From: Amoebidium appalachense
Taxonomy: Eukaryota; Protista; Ichthyosporea
Assembly (NCBI GenBank): GCA_963693365.1
Contig: CAVNZM010000001.1
Location: 15,300,418-15,364,417, forward strand
DNA: 64,000 nt
Reading direction: 5' to 3'
Of this stretch, positions 40,987 to 54,190 are shown piece after piece; within the stretch, counting starts at the first letter, position 1, and each line of letters starts with the position of its first letter. The position numbers were made by a program, and so were the translations under genes. Under the pieces are notes generated by a model. That model saw nothing but the letters and a program-made list of their open reading frames with translations. It made no database searches and was not told the DNA's origin.

Positions 40987-42722
40987 ATGCATGTACCACA
41001 CACGCTGGCACAAGGTGCACACACGCACCCGAGGTCCTGCACACATGCACCTCAACACCTCGTGCACGTGATCGACCACATGTGCACCACTCGATTTGAT
41101 CAAAATACACACCCATCCGAGTTGTCACAAACGTGCGCTAATTAGTTAAGTAATCTAGGTAGCAAGGAGATTTATGACAACACACACACTCGTACAAGCC
41201 TGCATGCACAATGCATGCACACACGCCATGCCATGCACACGCACATGCACACATGCTGTGACAAACACGCACACACACGCCACACAGGTACACACGTGTG
41301 CATGTATGCACACAATTCCACACGTGTACACTACGGAAAAAAAAATGTGAGGGCCCAGCCCACACCGGCAGCCACCGTCAGGGTTCAAGACGTCAAAAGG
41401 AGAGTGCTGGGGTCTGACTCACCGTACAGCTGAAGGGGGGGAGGGGGAGGGGAGGAGGGGAGGGGGGGGGGGGGGGGGGGGGAAGGGGGGGGGAGATATA
41501 TCAGTCCCGGAAGGGAAATCCAATGCAAAAATATGTATTCTGGAACCGTTTTGCAGGTGATAAAATGCAGTGGAAAGAACAAGGCCCCCGGGGAGGAGGG
41601 GAGGGAGGAGGGGGGAGGGGCGGGAGGGACAGGAAAAAAGAGGCACGCTGTCACAAATCAAAAGATTGAGAACATTTGGTCTGACAGGGAGACATGACGG
41701 TGGTGGAAATGGTAGCTGTGTGGTGGTGGTGGTGGGTGGGTTGGGTGGTTTCAGGGGGAAGGGGGGGGGGGGGGCGGGGAACCTCCATCCAGCGCGATCA
41801 CATAACTTCGTGGCAAACCCCAAATTTCAAATAAATCCCACGACCTTGTCCCGGCCTAGATGTTTATGCCATGGCAAAGGTCAACACCACCAGCACGGCC
41901 ATCCACATGTAGTTCTTTGATGGGCTGAGATATACAAGGCGAAGAGCCCACGATTGCAAATATGCAATTAGAACCCCCCAAATCTCAACGCCCCCTTGAG
42001 CAGGCTCTGTCCCATTGTTTCGGTGGAGAGCACTATGACCGTCATTGCCAGCCAAAATTCGTGACTGGGGGTCCAATGTGACCATCGAGATATTGGGAAA
42101 ATGCCACCGCTGACGAAATTCCCACGATATTTGGTAAAGGACCCCCCCCCCCCCCAGCCCCCCCGCACGCGTTGCTCTCCCCGGTCTTTTTAAAATTTGG
42201 CACGGCTGGCCACCGGGTATCCCACAGTGATCGATATCATTTTATGTGCCGAGATAAATTTACCGCAATGGTACAGTTGTTGTTGAGCCCCCCTCGGCCA
42301 TTACTTTCTTATGTGGCGCCTTGTGCACACTCTCAGTTAAGGGAACGAGATATTCGCTGAGTTTCGAGCAGCACACGAGGAATGCGGTGAGGCAGGAGTC
42401 TGCCTCCCCTGCTGCAACCCAGTTTGGAGGGGTTGTGCATGGCGGCGGTTGTGGCCAGTACAGTGTGTGTGTGTGTGTGTGCATGCACGCGCCCGTGCGG
42501 ATGAGGTGCCCGCGCGGGGGGAGGGGGGGGGGGGGGGGCGGCGGAGGGGGGGGAGGATAGAGGGGGTGGAGGGGGTGGGCTAAAGGGAGGGGGGGGAGGG
42601 TAGGAATATGAGGATGGGAAAAGGGGTGACTGTGCACGTGACCAAGAAGGAGGGAGGGGAAGGTGGGAGTGATGTGCTGGTGGGTGCAGTGAGTCAATAT
42701 GTGACAAAATCATGTCGTGTGG

Positions 42723-42765
<43 letters not shown>

Positions 42766-42850
42766 CTCTCTCTCGCTCTCTCTCTCTCTCTCCCCCCCCC
42801 CCCCCCTCTCTCCCCCTCTCTATTATCTCTGTCCTTCTCTATTTCTCTTT

Positions 42851-43014
<164 letters not shown>

Positions 43015-43147
43015 GTCTCCCTCTCTTTCTCTCTCTCCCAATACCTCTCCCCTCTCCCTCTGTCTCTCTCTTCAAGAGGCTCTCGCTCTCGCTCTATCTA
43101 TCTCCCCCCCCCCTCCCCCCTCCCTGTTCTGTCCCCCCCCCCCCCCC

Positions 43148-43190
<43 letters not shown>

Positions 43191-43741
43191 GTGTGTGTGT
43201 GTGTACGCGCGTGTGTGCGCGTGCGCGCGTGCGCGCCCACGTACACATGCATGTATGGTACATGAGCATGTGTGTGTTTATAGAGTGTGGCTGTGCATGC
43301 ACACGTGTGTGTGTGTTCGTGTGAACGGTTTCTTTAACCTGTGTACATGTGCATCTACCATGTGTAAGGTCACGACTATATATCGTGTTTTCTCTTCGTG
43401 CTGCATGACCATCAAATCAATATGCACAGAGGGGGAAAACACACACATGGGACGAATAGAACTAGTTCCCATCATGGCACCCTGAGCTGCAGGAAAGAAA
43501 GGGGGTGGGACAGAGCCGAAGCAGAAAAAAGGTGTTGGTGCCACTGGGGGGGAGGGGGGGGGGGAGGGGGGGGAGGGGGGGGGGATACCGAAGGGAATGA
43601 ATGATGGCAGGAAATGAAAAAAGGCCCAAACTAGAGATTGTGCTGTTTCAGCGGGGGGAGGAGAGGAAGGGGGGGGGGGGGGGGGGGGGGAAGGGGGGGG
43701 GGAGGCGAGTGAAAGAGGGACAGAAAGAAAAGAGACAAACA

Positions 43742-43819
<78 letters not shown>

Positions 43820-43882
43820 GAGGGGGGGGGGGGGAGGGGAGGGGGAGGGGGGGGAGGGGAGAGAGAAGAGAGAGAGAGAGCG

Positions 43883-43913
<31 letters not shown>

Positions 43914-44002
43914 CGAGCGCGCATGTGTTCACACCGGGGAACTTGTGTGTGCGTGCGTGCGTGTGTGTTTGTGTGTGTGTGTGTGTGTGTTGGGGGGGGG
44001 GG

Positions 44003-44033
<31 letters not shown>

Positions 44034-44734
44034 CTTGTTTGAACATGTCCATGTAGCTTATGAATATGACGCCTTTTGTCACCGGGTCACATACCCATAT
44101 TATTTGTTACTTAGTGTCTCAAACACTGAACAAAGCGTATAAACTTCGAACCACCCCCCTACAGCCTGTGTACAGGGAACATTCATAAAAAACCACGCCA
44201 GCGTTTTTTCCCAAATTACAATGAAAAGTGCCTAATACCATTAGACACTCAAAGCAACTCTGTACATGTACACACCCTGGCTGGAACACCACAGCTATAA
44301 CACCGTCGCTCCTGAATCTATGAAAACCTTTCTCGAGAAAAAATAAAAATAAGAATAATAAATTTTAAACTGTCGACGAAGTGTTATAACATCAATGGGA
44401 AAACCAGATCCTAACGGCTGGAGTGAAACTTCAAACATAGACAACACCGTGTATGCCGCAGGTTGCTAAATATTCATACTTACAACTTTTAGATCTTACA
44501 ATATTAAAATATTCAACGTCAGTCGCGTAACACCAATAAACGCCCTTATCGTGCCAAAACACGTCACTTTACCTGAGCTCGTAACCATTATCGATAAAAA
44601 AACCTCAGTCATACTATTTTCGGACCCGGTTCAGCCCACCGAGCCATGTGTGTGCGCCACACACCTGCACTCACACATGTCTCACAACCTCTATACAGAC
44701 CCCCTTCCCCCTTCCCCCTCCCCCTCCCCCCCCC

Positions 44735-44774
<40 letters not shown>

Positions 44775-44830
44775 CAACAAAAAAAAACAAAAAAAAAACC
44801 CCCCCATCATGAAATCGTGCATAGACTTCA

Positions 44831-45195
44831 TTACAATTGTGCCGCCTTCTTTGCACCTTGGTATTCATGAGCAGTGGTCGCCTCCACCATCCCCCCGACC
44901 ACCGTCACACCCTCGCTGCTTTGTGCACCAATCCCCTCGGGCGGAATCAACACCTGCATATCGCTCGTCGAAGCAATACTTGCTCTGGAATCCGGGTCAT
45001 AGTGACGGTGGGACGTGTGGTGGTTTGCTCGGGCCAAATCCTTTCGGGTCACGATACCCACGGGCCGGTTTCGGTAATCGACAACGATCAGTTCGCGCAA
45101 TCCTTGGCTTCTGATTGCGTAGTAGGCGTGTGCGGCGCTGTCCGTGTCCCGTGCGATGGATGGGCTCATGTGGTAGCGCGTGACAGTCACTGTAC

Positions 45196-45230
<35 letters not shown>

Positions 45231-45577
45231 TGTGCGTGTGTGTGTGTGCGTGTGCGTGTGCGTGTGTGTGTGTGTGTATGGATGGGCGGGGGGAGGGGGG
45301 AGGGGGGGGGGGAGGGGGCGGTTCCGTTAGTTGCATTTGGTGTGTCTGAGCACATAAGAAAAAAATGGAGGCAGCTCGATCAATGTGGTTGGAAAGAGAA
45401 AGGGAATGAGGTTAAAAAACGGGAACTGGTGGTACCCTGTTGTTTATTTGAATTGATGGGGGTGGTGTGATAAGCCGTGTGTACATTCGTGCATTTCTTA
45501 ACTAGTAGAGGAGGAGGAAGCCGGGGAGGGGGGGGGGGAGGGGGGAGGGGGGAGGGGGGAGAAGGGAGGGCCGGGAA

Positions 45578-45609
<32 letters not shown>

Positions 45610-46060
45610 GCTAAGAACAAGAGCAAGGTGCAAGGGTACAGGGAAGCACCAAGTGATTTGATCACGTGTAGCCAGCAATGAGGTTGCATGAGTTTGGGAT
45701 CATACACTATATCCCTTACACGGAGGGAGGGTGAGAGGGGTAAAGGAGGAGGAGGAGGAGGAGGGGGGGGAGGGAAGGGGGAGGGTAAGAACTAGTTTAC
45801 ACAGAAGAACAAATATACACAGCCAAACACACGGGGGGGGGGGGGGGGGGGGGGAAGGGGGAGGGTAAGAACTAGTTTACACAGAAGAACAAATATACAC
45901 AGCCAAACACACGGGGGGGTGGGGGGGAGGGGGGGGGGAGGGAGGGGGGAGGGGGGAGGTCTGTATGGAAGTGTGAGTTTGATCATTTGATCCGTTCCTG
46001 AAGGAAACGGAAAGTGTGGGGAGCGGGAGGGAGAGAAGGTGTGTGTGTGTATGTGTGTGT

Positions 46061-46097
<37 letters not shown>

Positions 46098-46907
46098 ATG
46101 GGCACTCTACCTGCAACGGAATTTGACGCATTTGCAGCCGCAAAAGCGATTTGCACCTCCTCCCGATAGACCAATCCGATGAGCAGCCCAGCCTCGTCGA
46201 CCAATGGGAACGAGTGGTGGCCAGAGTTGATTAAAATTTCCGCCTCGTGAACGGCCATGGACCCCCGCTGGACCACAAGTACTTTGGGGGTCATCATTTG
46301 GGCCACCGTCATGCTCTTGAGGTGAGGTTCGGGATCAAAGTTCAGGAAGGGGATGTGCGCATCGTGAATCTGCATGTGGTAGAGGGAGTGGCCCATCCAT
46401 CTGCAAATATACGTGTGTGTGTGTGTACGTGTGTGTATGGGGTGGGGGGGGGGGGGGGGGGGTTGGTGGGTGGGTGGGGGGGTGGGAGGGGCGGGTTGGG
46501 GGGGTGGGCATGAGTTGAGTGAGTGTGAGTGTGTGTGTGCATGTGTGTGTGTGTGTTGGGGGGGGGGGGGGGGGGGGGGGGGAAGGGAGGGGGAGGGGGG
46601 GAGGGAGGGGGCAGTCGAGGGGCTTGTTAGTGTCTGTATCAAAGATTGATAGTCCGCTTTGTCCCAAACCCTAATCGGCATTATGCCATATACTCTTTTC
46701 TGCACATCCTAATGCTATCCTGGCCTCCGTTTAACACATATAAAATGTGTTTTGTGATATGTCTAGCATAAACTCCAAATAGGGAAACAAAATTGGTCAT
46801 AACATGGAGTGCGTGAGGTGTAGAGGGTTTGTCGGTGGTAGTGTTTTTGTTTTTATGTTTGGCCATGTTCTTTTTCCTGTTTTTTTTTTTTTTCTTCTTT
46901 TTTTTTT

Positions 46908-46953
<46 letters not shown>

Positions 46954-47904
46954 GGACGACGGTTTGATAAGGATCATACCTGCTCAGGAACGTAGCAACC
47001 GTAACCACCACCAAGATCTGTGGTCCCCACAGCATGACATTAAGGCCTGTAGTCTCAAACATCACCACCAGCACCGTGAAAGGAATCTGACCCACCCCGG
47101 CCCACAATCCCGCAGCGCCTAAAATAGCGTACGCCCCCGGATCGACCAATTGCTGGTTCCATCTGGCCCACGCACCCAGGCTATTAATAGCAACAGCGAA
47201 TAACCGACCACCTGCGGCACCGACGATCATAACAGGTACGATGGCTCCTGCCGGGACGGAGCAGCCGGTGGTCAGAATTGCCAGGGGGGTGAACACGAAT
47301 AGGAAGGCGGTGAGGACTTTGGCCGAAAATAGGTTGTAGTCTCCCATACTGAACAGGTGCTTGATTGTGCCGTGGCCTGACACCCACATTAAAGACCGCA
47401 TTTCGTAGATGCAGTGCGCGACCTGGTCTGCAGAGGCGGAGCGACGGCGGTGGTTCAGAACGGAGACGCTGTGTGAAGATGGGGATTTGGATTTTGGTTA
47501 ATGGAATATCTAGTATGAAGTTATTCTAGTTTTATGCCGATTCAGCATTGGATTGGCCTATTTTTTTTATTTTTTTTTTGGAATATCCTATGTGAGGTCA
47601 TCTAATATGATGCAGGATAGGTTTTGGATTTGTCGATTGCTTTGGAATATCTCATATGAAGTTATCTTTATGCTCGGGTTTGACTTTGGGGGGGGGGGGG
47701 GGGGGGGGGGGGAAGGAATGAAATGTGTGCCTGTTTTCGTTGGGGCAAGAGAAGGTTTGGATATAAAATAATCTACCGAAAAACACACGAAGATGGACAA
47801 AGTATATGCGATAGAACATAAACAGACCTAATCTGCGCCGGCTATCTTGGCTGAGCCCCCCCCCCCCCCCCCCCCCCCCACATACACATAAAACACGAAG
47901 TCTC

Positions 47905-47941
<37 letters not shown>

Positions 47942-47956
47942 ACAAACCAAAAAAAA

Positions 47957-47992
<36 letters not shown>

Positions 47993-48026
47993 GTGTGTGT
48001 GTGTGCGTGCTTGGGGTGTTTTTTTT

Positions 48027-48057
<31 letters not shown>

Positions 48058-49297
48058 GGGGATTGCTTACTCTATGGTCTCTTTCGTCGTGTTGGCACCA
48101 GCCACGGTGGCGACCCCCAAGAGAACATCCGGGGTGTCGGGAGACACATGCCCGGCAGACTCGGCAAATTTGATTGCCATGTGGGAGAGTTTGGGGAAAG
48201 AAAACCCCATTTGCGCCGCACCGCGATAGAGCATCGGGGGGAAATATGTGAAATTTGTATCGCTGGTGGCGGGTGTGGAGCAGTAAATCTTTCCGGCCTC
48301 CACGATCTCAGCAATCAGGTCGGCTTCAATGTGCATCACCATCTGTGTGTGTGTGTGTGTGTGTGTGTGTCGAATGCAGATTTTGGGTAATAGGCAGTCG
48401 GAGCTTAGTTTCCAAAACACGGCCCGAGGACAACAAGGCCCTAATAGCAAGAACTGAGATAGGCAAGCGAAACCCGAAGGCCAACACCGCCTGTGAGCGA
48501 AAAGGAAGGCACACAAACACAAACACAATCACACGTCCACCCACCCAACGCCAACCACATAAAACCCCACATACCGTCACACATGAAGCTTGACTCATAC
48601 CCGCCCAGGAACACCCCCTCCCAACGTCCCCCCCCATCCCCCCTCAACACACACACACCGACGCACCCCTCCCGCGCCCCCCCCTCCCTCCCCCCCCCCC
48701 CTCCCCCCCTCTCCCCCCTCCCTGCCCCCGCACACACACAAACACACGCACACACACACGTGGGCGCACGTACCTGCGCCTCCGAGCACTGCTGCCATCC
48801 CTTGGGGTGCACACAGTCCTTCCTGAAAACCGGCCGGCCATTCAGACAGTATCCCCCGCACACATCTGTGATCATTTGAAACTGAGCCTCATAAACCTTT
48901 TCCACCGGTTTACACTCGTTGAATGCCGGCGCCATCGGAAGAAAACATATGGCGGTCATAGTCAGAATCGATACCCAGGCAACATCGGCAAGGCGCACGT
49001 AAATCGATCGCGGCCTAATCCGATTACGAAGTTTCTGCATGTATCCGGCCATTGAAATGTAGATCCGGGCCAAAACCGCACACACAACACCGATATTCGT
49101 CGCGATGTACAGTTGTGTGAACCGGAAATCGAGATAGCATTCGACGTTTGAAAAGAAGGAAAGGACGTCATCGGTGACGGCGTTTAGACCCCTCAGGGTG
49201 ATGACCCCCAGGATGACCCAATAGGCAACAGTGGTCATGAAGAGCGTGTACAGGATCACCTGTGTACGTGCGTGTGTACGTGCGTGTGTACGGTGTG

Positions 49298-49334
<37 letters not shown>

Positions 49335-49660
49335 GTGTGTGCATGTGTGTGTGTGTGTGTGCGTGTGTGTGTGCATGTGTGTGTGTGTGTGTGTGTGTGT
49401 TATGGGAGGGGAGGTGGGGGGGGTGTAAGTGTTTGTGTACGTGCGTATGTGCAGGTGCTTGTGCGTGTGTGTGTGTGTTTGCATGTAAATCGTTTAGGTA
49501 AAGGCAACCATATTTCTGGATATTTCAGAACAGAGGTAGGAAAGATGCCTGGTTTCCAAGATTCGGAAAGACCAGTACAGATCTGGTAGAGAGTTGTCAA
49601 CACTTGCTGCAAACCTTCCTAAGATTACCGACCTTGAAATCGAAACTACCACAAGCGCGC

Positions 49661-49726
<66 letters not shown>

Positions 49727-51237
49727 GTGGCTTGAAATAGCTCGTAGCCTCCTCCAGCACAAACGCAACACCTCCGACTGGGGCCCTCACCGCCACCGTC
49801 ATCCCAACGGCCGCCCCGGCCGCTGCAAAAGTCCTAAAAGTTTCATCCTGGTACACAGCGTGGCGAATTTGCTCAAAATTGTCGATTTTTCCACCACTAC
49901 CCCCCGGCGACAAATATGCCCGAAACCTCTTGTTGTTGTAAAACAGACGGCCTATTGTGACGGCGACAATCGTTCCGATGTGGATTCCTGGCGCTTCCAT
50001 ATCGAGGTATAACCCTGAGGAATAGGCGAGAATCGACGCGATTGCTTTAAGAATAAGCACGCGGAACTTAAGGTATGGACGAACAACGGTTCCGTTAAGG
50101 AACGCCATCACTTCGGGGAGACCACTGCCGCCTACGGCGGGGTAGTAGAGGACAAGGAGACAGCTGGTGAGGGAGAGGCCAAGACTGGCACATACCACCT
50201 GTTTTTTTTTTTTGTTTTTTTTTTTGGTATGTGTTTGTGTGTGCGTGTGTACGTGTGTGTGTGTGTGACTGTGTGTGTGTGCGTGTGCATGCGTGCGTGT
50301 GTCCGTGCGAGGTTGAGTTAGTATGTGTGTGGCGGTTGTGTCACTGGGTGTCGGATATCCCTTTTCTATGTATGCGGCCTAGGCCTTCTCCCAACTAGTA
50401 GTAATAAACCTCCCTCCCAAGTACTTGCACAAACTTCCATCTATTTATTAGAACTACACTTTGGCTTGCTTTGAGCTAGCCAGTCCCCCCCCCCCCCCCC
50501 CCCCCCCCTCCCCCCTTAGCGCCCCCCGTTTTCCCTCTCCTTTAATTCCTCATCCCGGTATAGCAGACGGGCAAACCGTTTCCTCACAAAAGAAACACAA
50601 AGAACAGTCAGCCCAAGATACCACCTCGGTGAAACATACCGATGCCCATCTAGCAAAGATGCTCATCTGCTCGTTGAAGAGTATGCCGTGGAACACGGTG
50701 TAGTGTATCTTCTCCCCGGCCTGGATAGTAAAAAACACTATTGCAGCCCCAACCACGGCAATGAGCGTGCCGAGAGAAAACCGGAAGCACATTTGCCCTG
50801 CCCTGCAAACCCGACACCCTATAGGTTAAATCACACAAAACTCTGTTAACTCATGTAAGAAGCAGGAGGAGGCCGGAGGAAAGGGGGTTGAAAACGGGGA
50901 GCTGGTGCAGGCGCACGCAGGGGAAGAGTGGGGGGAGAGGGGACTATTCGCTTCATGATTCGTCAGAATGCTGCAAGCTACACGTAGACCTAAAACGGTT
51001 ACTAGAACCAAACTGCAGGAGCACACGTGAGAGCAACCCGTAGCCTCAAGCCGCTTTATGATGCGCTAAGTGCATGGCTGCCAGCGACTATTTCCACCTG
51101 CACCCACCCACGCGTGAAAGCTACTGGAAAGCAGCCCGCGTGTGCGCTTTTTTCCTGAAAGATCTCGCACAACATGCACACGCGCCGGCACACACGTCCT
51201 CCATGCACACACAAGCAGACACACACACCCGCACACC

Positions 51238-51315
<78 letters not shown>

Positions 51316-51560
51316 TGACACACACACGCACACCTTCTTCTGGCACTAACGTGCGCCGGAACCTTTCTGGTCTCCTCCGTGTCCACCTCCTCATAGTTGA
51401 CACTCTCTGTCTTTCTGAGCTTCTTTAAGCGTGTTTCGTACTGTTTCTGTATGTTTAGGTTGTCTTTAACTGCTTCCATAAACGTCTTTGCTCCATCTTT
51501 CGTCAATCTTCGCCGGATGGTCATCCGGTCTAGCTCTTTCTGTGCCGTTAGTAGTGGCAT
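44831..51560 (-). CDS. CLC-family chloride channel / Cl-/H+ exchanger (CLC-6/7-like) with two CBS domains
   Basis: Eight phase-compatible exons: 51560-51334, 50802-50640, 50198-49725, 49259-48774, 48342-48071, 47468-46980, 46400-46111, 45189-44831 (about 919 aa). Motifs [44 protein letters not shown] and VGIVTRKDL. Confidence 0.92.
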
Positions 51561-51968
51561 CTTTGCGTTTTGGGCGAAAAAAGTAAAATGAGCTTGGTTG
51601 CGCCACACCCGCTCCAATCTTTCAACTGTGACAGGAGCAAAAACTCTGAGGCAGCGCCCAGCACCAGCGGCCTCAGTCTTAACAAAGAGACGAGCAGTGG
51701 CAAAACAGAAACATGACCAACCAACAACAGAACAAGGTGTGGTCGCGGGCACACACCTCCATGCCAGGGTATAAAAATTTAGAAGCGTGGTATGGATGTT
51801 TAAAATGGGCTTGTTTGATTGGCTGGAAAACCATGCTAAGAATAGTTCATGGTTTAATGCACCTCCTAGACACCATGGCAATTGCGCTTTTGATGAAACC
51901 CCCCACGGTTCCTGAATTGCTTTTGCAGGGATCAAGACCATCTGGTGCCTCCCAGACCCCGACACTGC

Positions 51969-52581
51969 TGTTGTATAATATGATCGTGTGTCTGTGACAA
52001 CCAATATGTTTATAAAATGAACGGGGTTGACTAGACCACGCTTTGCTTAGTTACGTGCTAGTCCTACTTACACCTAGTAAGCCGAGCACACTGAGTAAGC
52101 TCTGAAGCCCCCGACATGCCCTTATAACGGAGCTCGCACAGCGGCTCAGACATGCGCATCGGTATGTGCTTTTTGGCTACGAGAGCCAATCACATACGGT
52201 TCACGGTTCTGTCCCATGGCTATCACGGTTCCAATAAACCTATTGAGCCAATCGGGTGACAGTACTTGATTATCGATGCATTCCACAGTCATACCTCACG
52301 CGGCTACTTGCATATTTTCCCATGATAAAACTATAACTTAACGCTCATGGTTCCTCTGCTACGTGTCGGTCCCATGTGGCTATTATATCTGTTTTCCCAT
52401 GAATAATCCTGCAAGTTGCACGTGCACATACGTTTAACTCCATGCTCATGCGCACAAGACTGGGAGGGACATGCATACTGGCCTACCTAAGATCAAACAC
52501 AGTGGTATATATACATGTACACGTGTGCGTATATCTCAACCTGTGTACATCCATACTAGATATCCGGTATAATATACCACA
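51969..52581 (-). repeat. LTR (3' LTR of unit 1), 613 bp
   Basis: Termini TGTTGTATAATA...TAATATACCACA (TG..CA, imperfect 12-bp inverted repeat); matches 59079-59691; a PPT-like CTTTTTACGGTGGGGCG precedes it on the minus strand. Confidence 0.9.
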
Positions 52582-52621
52582 CGCCCCACCGTAAAAAGAA
52601 GTATGTCGTCCTCGACATACG

Positions 52622-54190
52622 TCACCATGCTCCACACAATGAGTCAATGTATCCGTGGAACGATGCAAGGTCACCTCTGCGTTGGTGGAACTCTCGGATC
52701 TTGTCCGGGCAGGCTAAGTCTTTCTCAGACTCCCAAGAGGTGAATGAATCATCTTTGCCTGCCCACTTGATCTGGTACCACTTGTAAGGGGTGGATTGCT
52801 TGCGCCGTTTCTGAATTCTTACGTCAAGCACCTTTTCCACCACCCACTCGTCCGGCAGAACCTTGTTGAAGTTGTGACTATCGCCCGTGTCCGGGAGGTG
52901 AGAGAGATCTTGAGGCCGAATTCTATTTTGCTCACTCAATTCAAGCTGAATATCGTCCACGTGCCACTTAGATTTCTTCATAGTTGCTAAGCTTCGGATC
53001 TCGTACGTAACCGGGCCGACCCTTTTGACGATTTCGTAACCCGTAATCCACCGTACATCCCAGGCACCGATATTTTTGGCTTGATTCCGAACACGTATCC
53101 GTGCACCCTTCTCAAATTCACGAGCCACCGAGGGGCCTGGGGGCTCTCGTACGGCACGTTGCTGGACCACAGCACGGAGCAGAGGCAGACGGGCTAGTAA
53201 CTCTCGCCGGTATGCCTTCCACTCTGGGTCCTTGAGTGCCGGGTGGTTACTGTTAAGAAGGGCAACGTCAGGGAATTGTGTTGCTTCTTGCCCGTACACA
53301 AGATAATACGGTGTACATTGCAAAATTTTGTGTGTTGTTGTGTTGTATGCATGTGTAACCACCGGCAACAGAGTGTCCCAATTAGTGTGCTCATAATTAA
53401 CGTACTTTGAGAGTGCATTATTAATAAATCTATGAGACCGTTCATTGGAACCGTTGCTTTGTGGGTGATATGCAGAGGTGCTCACTTGTGCAATATTTGC
53501 TATACGGCAAATCTCAATAATTAGCTCATTGAGAAATTCTGAACCCTGATCACTCAAGAGTGTACGAGGGGGGCCGTGTATATAGCAAATTACATTCATG
53601 AGTGCATGTGCAACATTAACGGCATGCTTAGATTGGATGGGCACAGTGATTAAATACTTCGTTGCCATATCCATAAACACACAAATGAAAGTATTACCAT
53701 TTTTCGTTTCTGTGAACGGACCCATAAGGTCAACAGAAACACGAGAGAACATTTTTAAATTTTCGTATCTCTGTTCAAATGGCCTACTTCTCAAGTGTGG
53801 GTTATCGTTACGGCCTTGGCACTGTGTGCAGGCATTCACATAAGCAGTGATATCTTTGTGCATGCGGGGCCAATAATAATTGTATAATCTTTCGTAAGTT
53901 CGTTCAATGCCAGTATGAGCCCCCCCGTCGTGCACACTTCTTAATAAATCAGCACGAAGGATTTCGGGCACATACAGGCAACGACGACCATCCTTAGCCA
54001 CATGATAAAGCACGTCATCCTCTATCACACACATTTGTGCTATTTTCTTAACCTTTTTGTATCCGAAATACTCAAGATTAAGACCGTGTGCAGCTCGTTC
54101 CCCCCCCTGCCTGCCATTCCCGTTTGGCCTCGGCATCGAGGGAGGCAAGCCACCGTAGCCACGTGATTATATCCTTACACATTTTGTCCC
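52622..54190 (-). CDS. Integrase with C-terminal chromodomain (unit 1; frame breaks at homopolymer runs)
   Basis: HHCC (HDGGAHTG..CTQC), DDE (VDLMGP, SDQGSEF, NERSH) and chromodomain EWVVEKVLDVR..YQIKWAG..SWESEKDL. Confidence 0.92.
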
